DNA of 64,000 nucleotides from Octopus sinensis. Its lineage: Eukaryota. The stretch spans positions 24,552,001 to 24,616,000 of the forward strand of contig NC_043005.1 in assembly GCF_006345805.1 (NCBI RefSeq), read 5' to 3'. The translations under genes and the position numbers were made by a program. Under the pieces are notes generated by a model. It was not told the origin of the DNA. It ran no database searches and saw nothing but the letters and a program-made list of their open reading frames with translations. Shown here one piece after another: positions 40,259 to 52,248 of this stretch (position 1 is the stretch's first letter; each line of letters begins with the position of its first letter).

Positions 40259-41213
40259 CTACCTTGGATATCCTTGTTGCTTATTTTGATTATATATATA
40301 TATATATATTATATATATATATATATATATTTATTTATTCTCAGGGTGTCTGTAAATTCTTATATTGATAAATGTTATGTATGATTTACATCAATCCAAC
40401 CAACATGTACTTAGGTACCTTCTCCATTTTATATTTCATAATTCAATTTTATACACATATACACGTTCATACTCACATTTGGAAGAATATTATTCCATGT
40501 GTTTCTTATTTTCTTAGTAATTATCATGTTAACCACAAAGACCTACAGAATTATTTAAGTGTGTGTGTATGTGATCCCAACTTTTGATCGGATCCATGCA
40601 GGATTGAAACAGTTATCAGTAAACTTATTAAATTTGAAAAAGAAAAAAACCACGTAACTAACTCTGCTTACTCGAGTATTGAGTTCTTTTATTTTGTAAC
40701 TTCAAACCTTGCTTTGCCAAATACAGAGGAATACGAATATGTTTGTGCGTATATACGTACGTATGCATGTGGATGGTGGTCTTCTGCACAGATTTTGATC
40801 ACAAATTACGCTCACATTGCTCAATCTGAAGCCATTGTAGAAAATATTTACACAAGGTACTGTGCCATGGGATTGAATATGAAACCATGCAGTTACAAAG
40901 CAAACTTCTTGACTACACAGCAATGCTTATAATATTTATCCAAATACAACTGCATTAGTTATTTTCGTAGGGAAGAAATTTTATACAGATTTTTCTGAAC
41001 AATATTTCAATCCGCAAGTAAACTTCAGATTGAATCACTCCCCTCTCTCCCTATAATGAACTATGAAGAGTAAGAACAAACATTACTTTCTCCTAGTGAA
41101 ATGGCTTCGTTATATGTTTTTCTGATCTTTGCTTCTCCTTCTGTAGAAATATTTCAAATAATATCCTTCATTATTTCATTCTGAACCAGATCAAAACGGT
41201 AGCTATATACAAA

Positions 41214-41546
41214 TAGGCGTAGGAGTGGCTGTGTGGTAAGTAGCTTGCTTCCGAACATTATGGTTATGGGTTCAGTCCCACTGCGTGGCACCTTGGGCAA
41301 GTGTCTTCTACAATATATAGCCTCGGGCCGACTAAAGCCTTGTGAGTGGATTTGGTTGGCGGAAACTGAAAGAATCCCATCGTATATATGTATATATATG
41401 CATGTGCGCGTATATGTTTGTGTGTCTGTGTTTGTCCCCCCAACATCGCTTGACAACCGATGCTGGTGTGTTTACGTCCCCGTCACTTAGCGGTTCGGCA
41501 AAAGAGACCGATAGAATAAGTACTAGGCTTACAAAGAATGAGTCCT
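41214..41546 (+). mobile_element. SINE family C (ggcgtaggagtggctgtgtggtaag head, internal TA/TG tract)
   Basis: tRNA-like head with gggttcagtccca B box. Minus-strand copies lie at about 7460-7640, 12246-12635, 25905-26275, 42163-42430, 44440-44790, 45222-45625 and 59330-59450. Confidence 0.85.
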
Positions 41547-41766
41547 GGTGTGTGTGTATTTGTGTCTGTGTGTATGTATGCATGAATGTTTGTGTGTATA
41601 TGTGTGCGTGTATGTGTATGTTTGTGTGTATTTGTGTGTCTGTGTGTGTGTTTGTGTGTATGTGTGTTTATATGTATTTGTGTGTGTGTTTATGTGTTTG
41701 TGTGTGTGTTTGCGTGTATGTGTGTGCGTGCATTTGTGTGTTTGCCTCTGTGTGTGATTGCTTGTG

Positions 41767-41806
<40 letters not shown>

Positions 41807-43042
41807 TGAGTGATTGCTTGTGTTAGATTGCTTTGCCTTCATGGCAGTAAACAACAACCTTGTTGACAGGCTCACTGCGAAAGTATGTTCAAGTTTCTTC
41901 ACATCTCAACATGCGCAATCTATGGAAAGCAAAACCTCGTTTTATCAGTATCATCTATTCCTAGTTCTCAACATAAATATGTCCAGGCTGTTCGTTGTTT
42001 GACAGACTGGGTGATTACTGCTTCCTTTGGAAACAGGTGAGAATTGGCATGAAGGAGATCAAATCAGAGAAAACTCAGCCCCCACGTACTATGATCCATA
42101 CGAGCATAGAAAAATAGACGTTAAAACGATTTATATACACACACACACATATACATATATATACTCCTTTACTTGTTTCAGTCATTTGACTATGGCAATG
42201 CTTGAGCACGGCTTTAGTCGAGCAAATCGACCCCAAGACTTATTCTTTGTAAGCCTAGTACTTATTCTATTGATCCCTTTTTGCCGAATCGCTATGTTTC
42301 GGGGGACGTAAACACACCAGCATCGGTTGTCAAGCGATGTTGGGGGGGATAAACATAAACACATACACACACACATACATATATTCGACGGGCTTCTTTC
42401 AGTTTCCATCTACCAAATCCACCCACAGGGTTTATATATTATTTATATTATTATATGATTGAACACCACGCATCCTCTTCCAAGTAAGTTTTATTTTAAT
42501 AATTCTGATGTGCACTCTATTTGATCTTTTTACGCTTTCGTTTTTCTCTTATTCTTTTACCTCTTCTTCTCCCACTATTCTATCCTATTACTCTGTCACT
42601 CTCTCCTCCTCCTCCCTTGCTCACGTGACCATCGGCCATCTTTCTTTCTCTCCGTTGTAACTGGAACAAGGAAGACATGTTTTTGTTTGTCTCCTGCCCT
42701 ACCTTGATTTACGCGTTCGCCACCACAGCCTCATTTAGGCTTAGCAACCCTTCCTGTTTGTTTCCCTGTCCTTTTTGTATTATCTATTTTGACCTTCCGT
42801 AAAATTCCAAATTCTATTTAATTTGCTTTTGCGGGAGCAACTGTTTTATTGAAAGTGTATATGGTTGTTAAATGCTCGAAATACGAGACTAGAAAAACAG
42901 CCAACAACTGAAGGGCCGTTCTTTACGTTGTTTGTTCTGCTTTCTATTTGTGTCTTTCGTTGTTCGAATAAATAGTCCATACTCCATGTACTCGTGCTTC
43001 ATATTTTTTGGTACACGTTTCATGACGTCCTGTGCCCACATA

Positions 43043-43099
<57 letters not shown>

Positions 43100-43799
43100 T
43101 ATGGATGTAAATATGTACATATACGTAAGTATATATGCATATGTATATATATATATATGTATGTATGTATGTATTATGTATGTGTATACACACACACACA
43201 CATATGCAGAGGGAGAGTAAGAATTCAATACGCTTGTAGAATAAACTGGGAGGTTTAAAGCTTCAGTAGTCACTAATAGTTTCATGCTGAATTAGAATAT
43301 ATACATATTTTGCTTGTTTTACTTCTGCTTTTCCATGCTAGCATGGATTAGATGAATACATTATTGAAGCATTATTTTGCAGTCAGGGCAGCGAGCTGGC
43401 AGAAATGTTAGCACGCCTGGCGAAATGGTTCAAATTCTGCCGAGGTCGACTTTGCCCTTCATTCTTTCAGGGTCGATAAATTAAGTACCGGTTGCGTACT
43501 GGGGTTGATCTAACCGACTGGCCCCATCTTCAAAAATTTTGAGCCTTGTGCCTAGAGTAGAAAAGATTTTTTTTACAGCCAGACATCCATCTTGTTGCTA
43601 ACATCTATTTTTCAAGTAAGAGATCTAATCTTCAAAGGCACAAAGCAAGCGAGTGATTTAACAAGAGCAACAATGCCTGTGACTGCCATGAAGCATAAAT
43701 GTAAAGAAACATGCAGCTACACACATGTACACACACACAAGCATACATACATGTAAATCAAAATCATAAGCATATCGCGACTGAAATCAAAATGGAAAT

Positions 43800-44308
43800 T
43801 GTAGTTGTGGCCAATGTCAGTGCCGCCTGACTGGCACCCATACCGGTGGCACGTAAAAACCACCATCCAAACGTGGTTGATCCCAGCCTCCCCCACCACG
43901 ACTGGCTCCTGTGCCAGGGACATATAAAAAGTACCGTCCAAAAGTGGCTGATACCAGTGCCGTCTGACTGGCTCCCGTGCAGATGGCACGTAAACACCAT
44001 CCAAACGTGGTTGATCCTAGCCCCCACCCCATACCCATGACTAGCTCCTGTGCTGGTGGCATGGAAAAAGCACCATCCAAATGCGGTTGATGCCAGTGCC
44101 GCCTGACTGGCTCCCGTGCAGGTGGGACATAAAAAGCACTCGCTACACTCTTAGAGTGGTTGGCATTAGGAAGGGCATCCAGCTGTAGAAACTTTGCCAG
44201 ATCAGATTGGAGCCTGGTGCAGCCTTCTGGTGCAGCCAGTCCCCAGTCAAACTGTCCAACCCATGCCATTATGGAAAACAAACGTTAAACAATGATGATG
44301 ATGATGAC
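43800..44308 (-). mobile_element. Dispersed repeat family D starting in (CAT)n, with internal about 60-bp tandem units
   Basis: Shared block ttccatgctggcatgggttggacg...ggatgcccttcctaacgccaaccactc. Other copies lie at about 53760-54078 (+), 57232-57900 (+) and 60840-61250 (-), with short pieces at 46960-47050 and 56830-56950. Confidence 0.75.
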
Positions 44309-46003
44309 ATGCATAGGTATACATGAATGCAAATGTATTAGTTTACACAATAATCCCTCGCCATATCGCGGTTTATTATTTAAGCTTACGTCAATCCTTC
44401 AGTGGTGTTGTCTTGCATTTATAATAAAATAGATTTACTCATTTACTTGTTTCAGTCATTTGACTGTGGCCATGCTGGAGCACTGCCTTTAGTCGAGGAA
44501 ATCGACCCTTGAACTTATTCTTTGTAAGCTTAGTACTTATTCTATCGGTCTCTTTTGCCGAACTGCTAAGTTACGGGAACGTAAACACACCAGCATCGGT
44601 TGTCAAGCGATGTGGGGGGCGGACAAACACAACACACAAACATACACATATATATACAACGGGCTTCTTTCAGTTTCCATCTACCAAATCCACTCACAAG
44701 GCTTTGGTTGGCCCAAGGCTATAGTAGAAGACACTTGCCCAAGGTGCCACGCAGTGGGACTGAACCCGGTACCATGTGATTCGTAAGCAAATATACAGTA
44801 GAGTATTGTTTCTACCTTGTGGATTTTCTCCTAATGTGGGGTGGGGTGGGGTGGGGGATTGGAGCGCAAAGCTCACAATAGTCAAGGGATTACTATATAC
44901 CAATGAATAGACACACACACTTAAGATTAGTTTAAATATGTTTGACTTATTTTAACCTCTAATGGCAATTTTACTGCAGTTGACCATGTCAAAAGTAGAG
45001 GGCAGCACTGAACTGACAATGGTGCGTTTACACCTTTAGCATAATCAAGAAATTTTTTCTCCATGGTAAACTACAGTAAAATTGCCTTTAACAAGTTTAA
45101 GATATGTCACAAAAATATTTGAACTAATATACAGTTTGTTTATTTCTCATCACTGCTTTGTGCTAATACTTATGTACATACACACAAGCATACAAATATA
45201 GCTACATATACACACACACACTCTTTACTCTTTTACTTGTTTCAGTCATTTGACTGTGGCCATGCTGGAGCACTGCTTTTAGTCGAGCAAATCGACCCCA
45301 GGACTTATTTGTTGTAAGCCTAGTACTTATTCTATCGGTCTCTTTTGCCGAACTGCTAAGTTACGGGGACGAAAACACACCAGCATCGGTTGTCAAGCGA
45401 TGTTGTGGGGACAAACACAGACACACAAACATATACACACCCATACATACATATATATACGACGGGCTTCTTTTCAGTTTCCGTCTACCAAATCCACTCA
45501 CAAGGCTTTGGTCTGCCCAAAGCTACAGTAGAAGACACTTGCCCAAGGTGCCATGCAGTAGGACTGAACCTGAAACCATGTGGTTCGTAAGCAAGCTACT
45601 TACCACACAGCCACTCCTATGCCTATACATGTGTGTGCATACAAAAAAAAAAACTAAATATATACATGCATCTGTTAATAGACGTGTACTGCAATATGTC
45701 TGAATAGAAAAAGCATCACACATAGACACAATCTTGTGTGTGCGTGTGTGTAGGGGGAAAGTATATCATGGTACATGTTATTCATACTGATCAGACAAAA
45801 ACCCCTTTGAGTTTTTCGCTTTTAAGTATACACAGAAACATGTATGTGTGTGTGTGTGTTACCAGCTGATGCATATAAACAAGCTACAAACAAGATTGCC
45901 TGCTGATCAGCCACATGAAACTTTTGAAATTTGACACTCAAGTTCAGGCTGTTCATTTTTTACCAATCTAAAGAGAAATCGTTAAATCTGCCATGTTTAC
46001 ATA

Positions 46004-46636
46004 CACGGTTGGCCAAAAGTCACCCGACAGCAAAACAAAACTCCATAAATACAATCTGTAATTCTGAATTGACTCGAATGGAAAAATGTGTCGCTCAAGA
46101 AGGACTTCAATTTGAACTATTTTCATGATGTTTCATATTAAGATGCTTTTATTAAATTCATTCAGTTATCTTTATATATAAAAGTGAAGTTGTGTGTCTG
46201 TCTCCTACGATTTAGATTCCTAACTACTCCCACATTTTGCAGTGCAGTTTAACCAAAACCGGGTATCTTATAGTCGTGATTCATATCGAGCCCTTCTGGG
46301 TATTAGCGCGCGTCTACGATGAGTCTACGATTTAAAAAAAAATTTACCATCAATTTTTTCCATTTTAATGCATTTTTTTCGCTATTATATAAGGGAAGTA
46401 ACTCTCTAAAAATGTCTACGATGAGTCAACAATTTAAAAAAAAATTTACCATCATTTTTTTTCCATTTTTAATGCATTTTTTTCCTATTTTTTGGCTATA
46501 ACTCTCTAAAAATGCTTATATAGTTATTTCCCTTACAAACCCGAGCAACGCCGGGTGACACTGCTAGTTAAACATAAATAAATCTTGGAATTAAATGGTT
46601 TTGATTTACTGTCAGCTGATCTTTTGGCCAATCCTG
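46004..46636. mobile_element. Tc1/mariner-type MITE (TA target) carrying the nested Helitron
   Basis: TA|cacggttggccaaaagtca ... tgatcttttggccaatcctg|TA. Confidence 0.75.
46169..46567 (+). mobile_element. Non-autonomous Helitron
   Basis: Inserted between A and T (a|TC ... CTAG|t), with no TSD. There is a subterminal hairpin cccgagcaacgccggg at 46540-46555 and an internal tandem duplication of about 70-80 bp. Confidence 0.85.
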
Positions 46637-47071
46637 TATATCATACCTTGATACTGTATGGACAGTGATCCCTATTCAAAAGCTGCTGATATTAAATAAA
46701 GTGTTAAACAATTATGATATGCAAATTAGTGGCTCCAGTTCTCTAGAGCTATGGGATTTGTTGTGTAAATAAATAGATTGGCTGCAAATGCTTCTGGGTC
46801 ATGTGATGTGAACATCACTGATGAAACAATTTGGGTTGAAAACAGATAAAGGTTGTTCATTATATCTTTCTTTTCTTTTCAATCTGTAGAGAAATAACTA
46901 AATTTGCCAAGTTTGTATATATATATATATATACATACACGTCTATATGTTTGTGTGCTTCATCATCATCATCATTTAGCATCCGTTTTCCATGTTAAAC
47001 CGTCCAACTCATGCTAGCATGGAAAACGGACGCTAAATGATGATGATGATGAAGCACATAAACATATAGAC

Positions 47072-47128
<57 letters not shown>

Positions 47129-47260
47129 TATATACAAGCACACACACACACACACATACATACAAATGCACACACATATACATATACACACAACCACACA
47201 CACCCATATACACACAACACACACACCCATATACACACAAACACACACACCCATATATAT

Positions 47261-47294
<34 letters not shown>

Positions 47295-47810
47295 CACGTA
47301 TACAGACACACATATCTATATGTAAATATGCACATTTGTTTAAAAAACAACATATAGAATATTGGGCTAAAAACTTCCCAGGATAGAAATAATTTCAAAG
47401 ACTTCACAAGTTAGCACATCTGTCATGTCCACAGATTATGTGGGTTCAAGTCCCATTGGTGCCTTCAATTTTTTTTTTTTTTTTCTATCCAAGAAGTTTA
47501 ATTATTTATTATTGTCCACTTGAAGTTCCGCCATTAAAACAATTTATTTCTTATCTCTCCAAGTTTCCAAAAGAAAAGCATATAATTTTTATAACGTAAA
47601 CAATATTTTTATATAAATGGGAGAAAAAGTACATGTCACATTTAGTAGAGTTTATTCATGGGCTTCAAACTGAGGATTCACTCCAGCACTGCTCCAATTT
47701 TCTCACTTTTCTGCTTTCGTTCTGATGGCATAGAGACAAATATGTTTTATGTGTGTTGAGAGAGAAAGAGAGCAGGAAGAACAGGGAGGAGGGGAGAGAG
47801 AGAATGACAT

Positions 47811-47877
<67 letters not shown>

Positions 47878-48619
47878 TATAAGCAGAGAGATGAAAGATG
47901 AAGCAACAAATAGACAAAAGCATTTTTTCAATATTTGGCGAGTTTTGTTTTTTATCTGGAAAATAACTTTTTGCATACAAATTATTTGACATTTTAATGT
48001 TTACACTGTTAGATATTTGAGGGGGGGGGTAAAGAAAAGTGGACAGAAATATCTGGTGAAGAAATGATGAGAAATAGAGAGAGAGAGAGAGAGAGAAAAT
48101 ATAGAGCAATCAAGATAGGGGGAGGAGAGGAAAGGCAAGAGAAAGAGGCAGAACAGCAAAGGGAATCAGAGGAATGAGAAAGATATGAGAGAGAAAGAAG
48201 AGATGAAAGAATAAAAAAAAGGATCAAAGGTAAGGTGGGGAGGGGGTAAATGACTTTTAAAAATATATAAAGGAAAAAGGGAAAGTAAAAATAAATTGGT
48301 CTAATTTGATCATTTCTATAGAAAACAAAATGGATCAGTCCAGCACCCCTATCTTAAATAAAATATATCTGGTCCGTCCCTCATAAAACACTGATTGTTA
48401 CAGCAATTTTATTGCTTGGAGAGGGTTTTGTTGTGGTAATTAGAGGCTAGCTAGAGTGACTGAGGCAGAAATGGTAAGTGTGAGGATGGATGACGAGAGG
48501 AGTGTGTGGGAATGAATAAAAATGAGGGGAGGGGATGAAGGTGAAAGTGAGAGGCAAAGCGAGACATAAGGAATGAAGGAGAATGTGTGATTTTCTTTTT
48601 TATTAGTTCAATCTGGTCA

Positions 48620-48803
48620 GGTTCTGTATGGCCTTTGAAGGTCTTTATGGTCTCTGAAGGTCTTGTATGGTCTCTGAAGGTCTTGTATGGTCTCTGAAGG
48701 TCTTATATGGTCTCTGAAGGTCTTATATGGTCTCTGAAGGTCTTGTATGGTCTCTGAAGGTCTTGTATGGTCTCTGAAGGTCTTGTATGGTCTCTGAAGG
48801 TCC
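48620..48803. repeat. 20-bp minisatellite, about 9 copies
   Basis: Unit tcttgtatggtctctgaagg, near-perfect from 48661 to 48800. Confidence 0.95.
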
Positions 48804-49617
48804 TCTAAGACCAGTGACATTGATGTAGTTAATGTCCAGTGTAAATTGTCATAAAGAAAGGGCTGGTTGTAGTAGGAAAGGAAGAGGGTTGTTTTATGAT
48901 ACACACAATATGGGGAAATGAAAGAAAGAAGAGGAGTGAATCTAGAGTTCTTGAGTGGATTCAACATAAGAGCAGCCAGCTCTAAAGTTCAGAGGCCAGT
49001 ATTGTAGCAGTAGAAATGTCTGTGAGAGGAGACAGCCTGTCTGTGGGCCAGAGATAATGTTTGAGAGAGAGAGAGAGTGTGAGATCATAGACAGACAGAG
49101 AAAAGAAGACTGCAAGAGAGGAATGTAAGAGAGAGAGAAAGAGAGAAAGAGAGAGTAAAGTGGAAGAAACCCAATGATAATTACACTTATCAAAAACTCA
49201 TCAAAGAGACACATGTAATTAGGTAGAACATGATGAAGTGGAAGAGAGGAAAGGAGAATCAGAGGTTAAGATATGACTGGGATAAGATGTAAATGAATGT
49301 AGCAGCAGTATAGAAATGTGTTGGTCATTATCATCATCATCATCATCATCATTGCTACTGTTGTCATCATCTCCATTATCATCTTCATTACGAATGTCAT
49401 TATCATCCTCATCACCTCCATAGCAATAATTGTCATAGTTGTATCACAATTGCCCTCAACATCAACAACTACACGATCACATCACCACCACTGCCATCAT
49501 CAACATCACCATTATCATCTCCATCATCATAATCACCATCACCATCAACGTCATCATAGAAGATTGAGAAAGGTCACAGGAATTTGCTAAATCTCTGTCA
49601 GAATCTTTGTAATCCTG

Positions 49618-49639
49618 TCATGACTGCTTGGGTTTCCTC
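49618..49639 (-). CDS. TMEM68: TMEM68 terminal coding exon (22 coding nt, then 3' UTR)
   Basis: Strong acceptor tattttctctgttgttctcttcag|G. The phase matches the previous exon and gives (K)RKPKQS*, with TGA at 49620-49618. Confidence 0.75.
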
Positions 49640-49810
49640 CTGAAGAGAACAACAGAGAAAATATTTATGTAAGTCTGGGGATACAGACATAGGCATGTAG
49701 TGGTGTACATGTAGGGGTGTAGAAGTAAATGTGTATTGCTATATGTGTGTTGATGCGTAAGTGTGTGCGTACATAGGAATGTAGACAGGTGTAGATGCAT
49801 GTAGTCGTAG

Positions 49811-49958
49811 CAGGGCCAGCCCTAGCATTGCTGGCACCCTGGGCAAACCAAACTTTGTCGTGTACAAGCTGATGGTTGTGGAAATTTCCTTGTCTTTGTC
49901 ACACCCTCCTTGGCGCCCAGGCAACTGTGTGAGTTGCCGGTACCTTGAGCTGGCCCTG
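49811..49958. mobile_element. hAT-like MITE in the last TMEM68 intron
   Basis: Perfect 10-bp TIR cagggccagc / gctggccctg. The 8-bp flanks agtcgtag and gattgtag match at 5/8 (decayed TSD). Confidence 0.65.
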
Positions 49959-50098
49959 GATTGTAGATAAGTGTAGTTGTGTGTAGATGTCTCTGTATAT
50001 GTGTAAGTATGTATAAAGTATATATATGTGTTGCTGCATAGGTGTAAATAAGTGAATGTGTGTAAATCATGTAGAAATGTAAGTGTTTTGCTACTTAC

Positions 50099-50184
50099 TT
50101 AACAACTCTGTCCAATAAACTTTGTAGAATGCTGCCAGGAATTCTCTGATGTTTATTGATCAACTCTTGCAGTTTACATTCAAC
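50099..50184 (-). CDS. TMEM68: TMEM68 penultimate coding exon
   Basis: ctgcctcttattaag|GTT ... AA|gtaagt, 86 nt, phase 0 to 2. Translates VECKLQELINKHQRIPGSILQSLLDRVV(K), comparable to recalled LIDKHQRIPGNIMSALLERF. Confidence 0.9.
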
Positions 50185-50289
50185 CTTAATAAGAGGCAGA
50201 GATTGAAAAGATAAATAAATATAAAAAAAGATCAGAATATTGTTTAATGTTTACTAAAAAAGAAGTTATATAAAAAAAAAAATATTGTA

Positions 50290-51100
50290 TTTCTAAAAGG
50301 ACACATCAAGTGTTCCTAGGACTAACAGTCCTGAAACCCAAGATTACCATTCCTCAAGCCAATATGTCACAATTAAGAGAGGGATATTTAAATGTACAAG
50401 GTTTGGGGCTGGCATGGAAGCAAGGACACCTGAAGGATGATTCCAGGTCATTAAATCTAGATGTGGTAGCTATCAGTGAGACCAGAATATCAGAATACAC
50501 TAGCTCATTCTCCTTCTGATTGCCTACAAAGATCATGTGTGGTTCATCCAGCATGGATCGAGTCGGTGGCAGTGCTGCTTAAGAAAGACATGAACTTAGT
50601 AGCAAGCATAATCTTCCTAGATCCAAATGGTAGGTTGGTGGTCCAAGTTGTGAGCAACAGTGAAGATGATAATACTTTCAGAGCAGTGGCCATTTATACC
50701 CCAATAAAAGTTAGGAGGTCAAATTTTTTCAAAAGTCTAGAAACTTTCTTAAGAGCATTTCATTTATTAATGTCAGTGGCAACTAGAAAAGCATGCAAGA
50801 ATTATGTCGGAATAACTAACAGGAAAGTTGGGTGTAAAAGTCTCATAAGACCTGCTCAGGTGTTTCCAATTATCTGACAGGTACCACTTGGATTTTTCTA
50901 ACACACCAGTGTTCACTTAGACAAACTGTAGAGCATCTCCCAGACCATAGTTAGTTTTCATTAGGTGAACCAATATAAGTTGTGTAAACTGACCATAGTT
51001 ACAAATATTTGGCTACTCAAAGCACAAATATGATATTTACAATCATCTGAGACAATAGTAATAAACAAGATCCCAGGTGTTGGAAAATAACCATTTCTTT
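50290..51100 (+). mobile_element. Tx1/L1-clade AP-endonuclease remnant inside a TMEM68 intron
   Basis: Fragments YLNVQGL...KQGHLKDDSRSLNLDVVAISETRI and DPNGRLVV...RAVAIYTP, same family as 31490-33470. Confidence 0.75.
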
Positions 51101-51584
51101 CCTAGTACAGAAAAATTTAATCAGAGATGGTGGTTCTAAAAGATCCACTAAAAATGGAAACTAGCACAGGTGAAAGGTGTTCCAACCATGATCAACTTGT
51201 GGTCCTACCAAGGACTACATTATCCAATGAGACAGTTGGGTATGAAACAAGGGAGATTTAGCTGCTATTACAAGCAGGTTGAATGACTATGTAGAGTTCC
51301 TCTCCAAGATTCCATTGTTTTTACAACATTGATATTGACAATAATAATCCTTTCTATTATAGGCACAAGGCCTGAAATGTTGGAGGAGGGAGTTAGTCAA
51401 TTAGATCAACCCAGTATTCAACTGATAATTATTTTATCAACCCTGAAAGGATGAAAGGTAAAGTCAACTTCAGCAGAATTTGAACTCAGAACCTAAAGAT
51501 GGACAAAAGGCCACTAAGCATTTTGCCCAATGTGCAAACAATTCTGCCAGCTCATCACCTTCACAATACTACTACTACTACAAC

Positions 51585-51615
<31 letters not shown>

Positions 51616-51660
51616 TAATAAATAATAAATAATAATAATAATAATAACAATAATAATAAA

Positions 51661-52208
51661 ATGCCCTGATGCAGTATCGGGCAGTGGCTCTCTTGGCTTC
51701 TGATCTTAACTGATTGGAAGTGTTATCATGTACATTGTATTGTCTTGGTATAAAAGATGGGCTACAGCAAATATTCTGCTCAATACCAAAGATTTGCTTG
51801 TCAGTTGTTTGACCTTAGCCAGTTGAGCATGTCCCTTAGTGGCTGACAATATATGCATCTCTGATCATGCGCAGAAGTAGTGGGGGAGCATCATAGCCAT
51901 ATGTTGAGGGGAATTCTTTGGGGTTTGAATAATTCACCTCTGGAGACATGGGTGTTTCGTTCAACATCCTTAAACAACCCTTATTCAGGGACCTTTTGAG
52001 CGGGATGGGCTACTTGACCTAAAGAAAATTCAAACTGGGCCCCACCTGCAAGGTCATGTGCTGTTTATCTTGATATGAGCTCACCATGTCGTGCACATAT
52101 GGTTGTGATGCATGTGCCTAGTGTACCCTTATCAGATGGGTAGTCGTGATGGGTATACTGGGCTTCTTATATTTTACCCCAGTGTCACTTTGATGGCATG
52201 CTCTCTCA

Positions 52209-52211
<3 letters not shown>
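51661..52211 (+). mobile_element. About 550-bp complex insertion embedded in an (AAT)n array, possibly a Dong/R4-derived non-autonomous element
   Basis: (AAT)n runs lie on both sides (about 51585-51660 and 52212-52248). Dong-type R4-clade elements are known to target TAA repeats. No ORF is present, so the classification is inference. Confidence 0.4.

Positions 52212-52248
<37 letters not shown>

Larger units (their letters stand above)
39810..40294. repeat. Long near-perfect inverted repeat (238-bp arms, 9-nt spacer)
   Basis: 39810-40047 is the reverse complement of 40057-40294, with about 4 mismatches counted by eye. The spacer is actaccacc. Confidence 0.95.

Noticed and set aside
40477-40542. 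66-nt open exon-like segment on minus (VFVVNMIITKKIRNTWNNILPN) with a GTGAGT donor
   Set aside because: The acceptor is weak, no partner exon was identified and the peptide is not recognised. It cannot be supported without RNA data.
44964-45086. 25-bp inverted repeat, possible MITE
   Set aside because: The termini and TSD are too degenerate to assign.
48617-48967. 116-aa ORF with DLQRPYKTFRDH repeats
   Set aside because: It is produced by a 20-bp minisatellite whose unit is not a multiple of 3, and it probably lies in or beyond the TMEM68 3' UTR.
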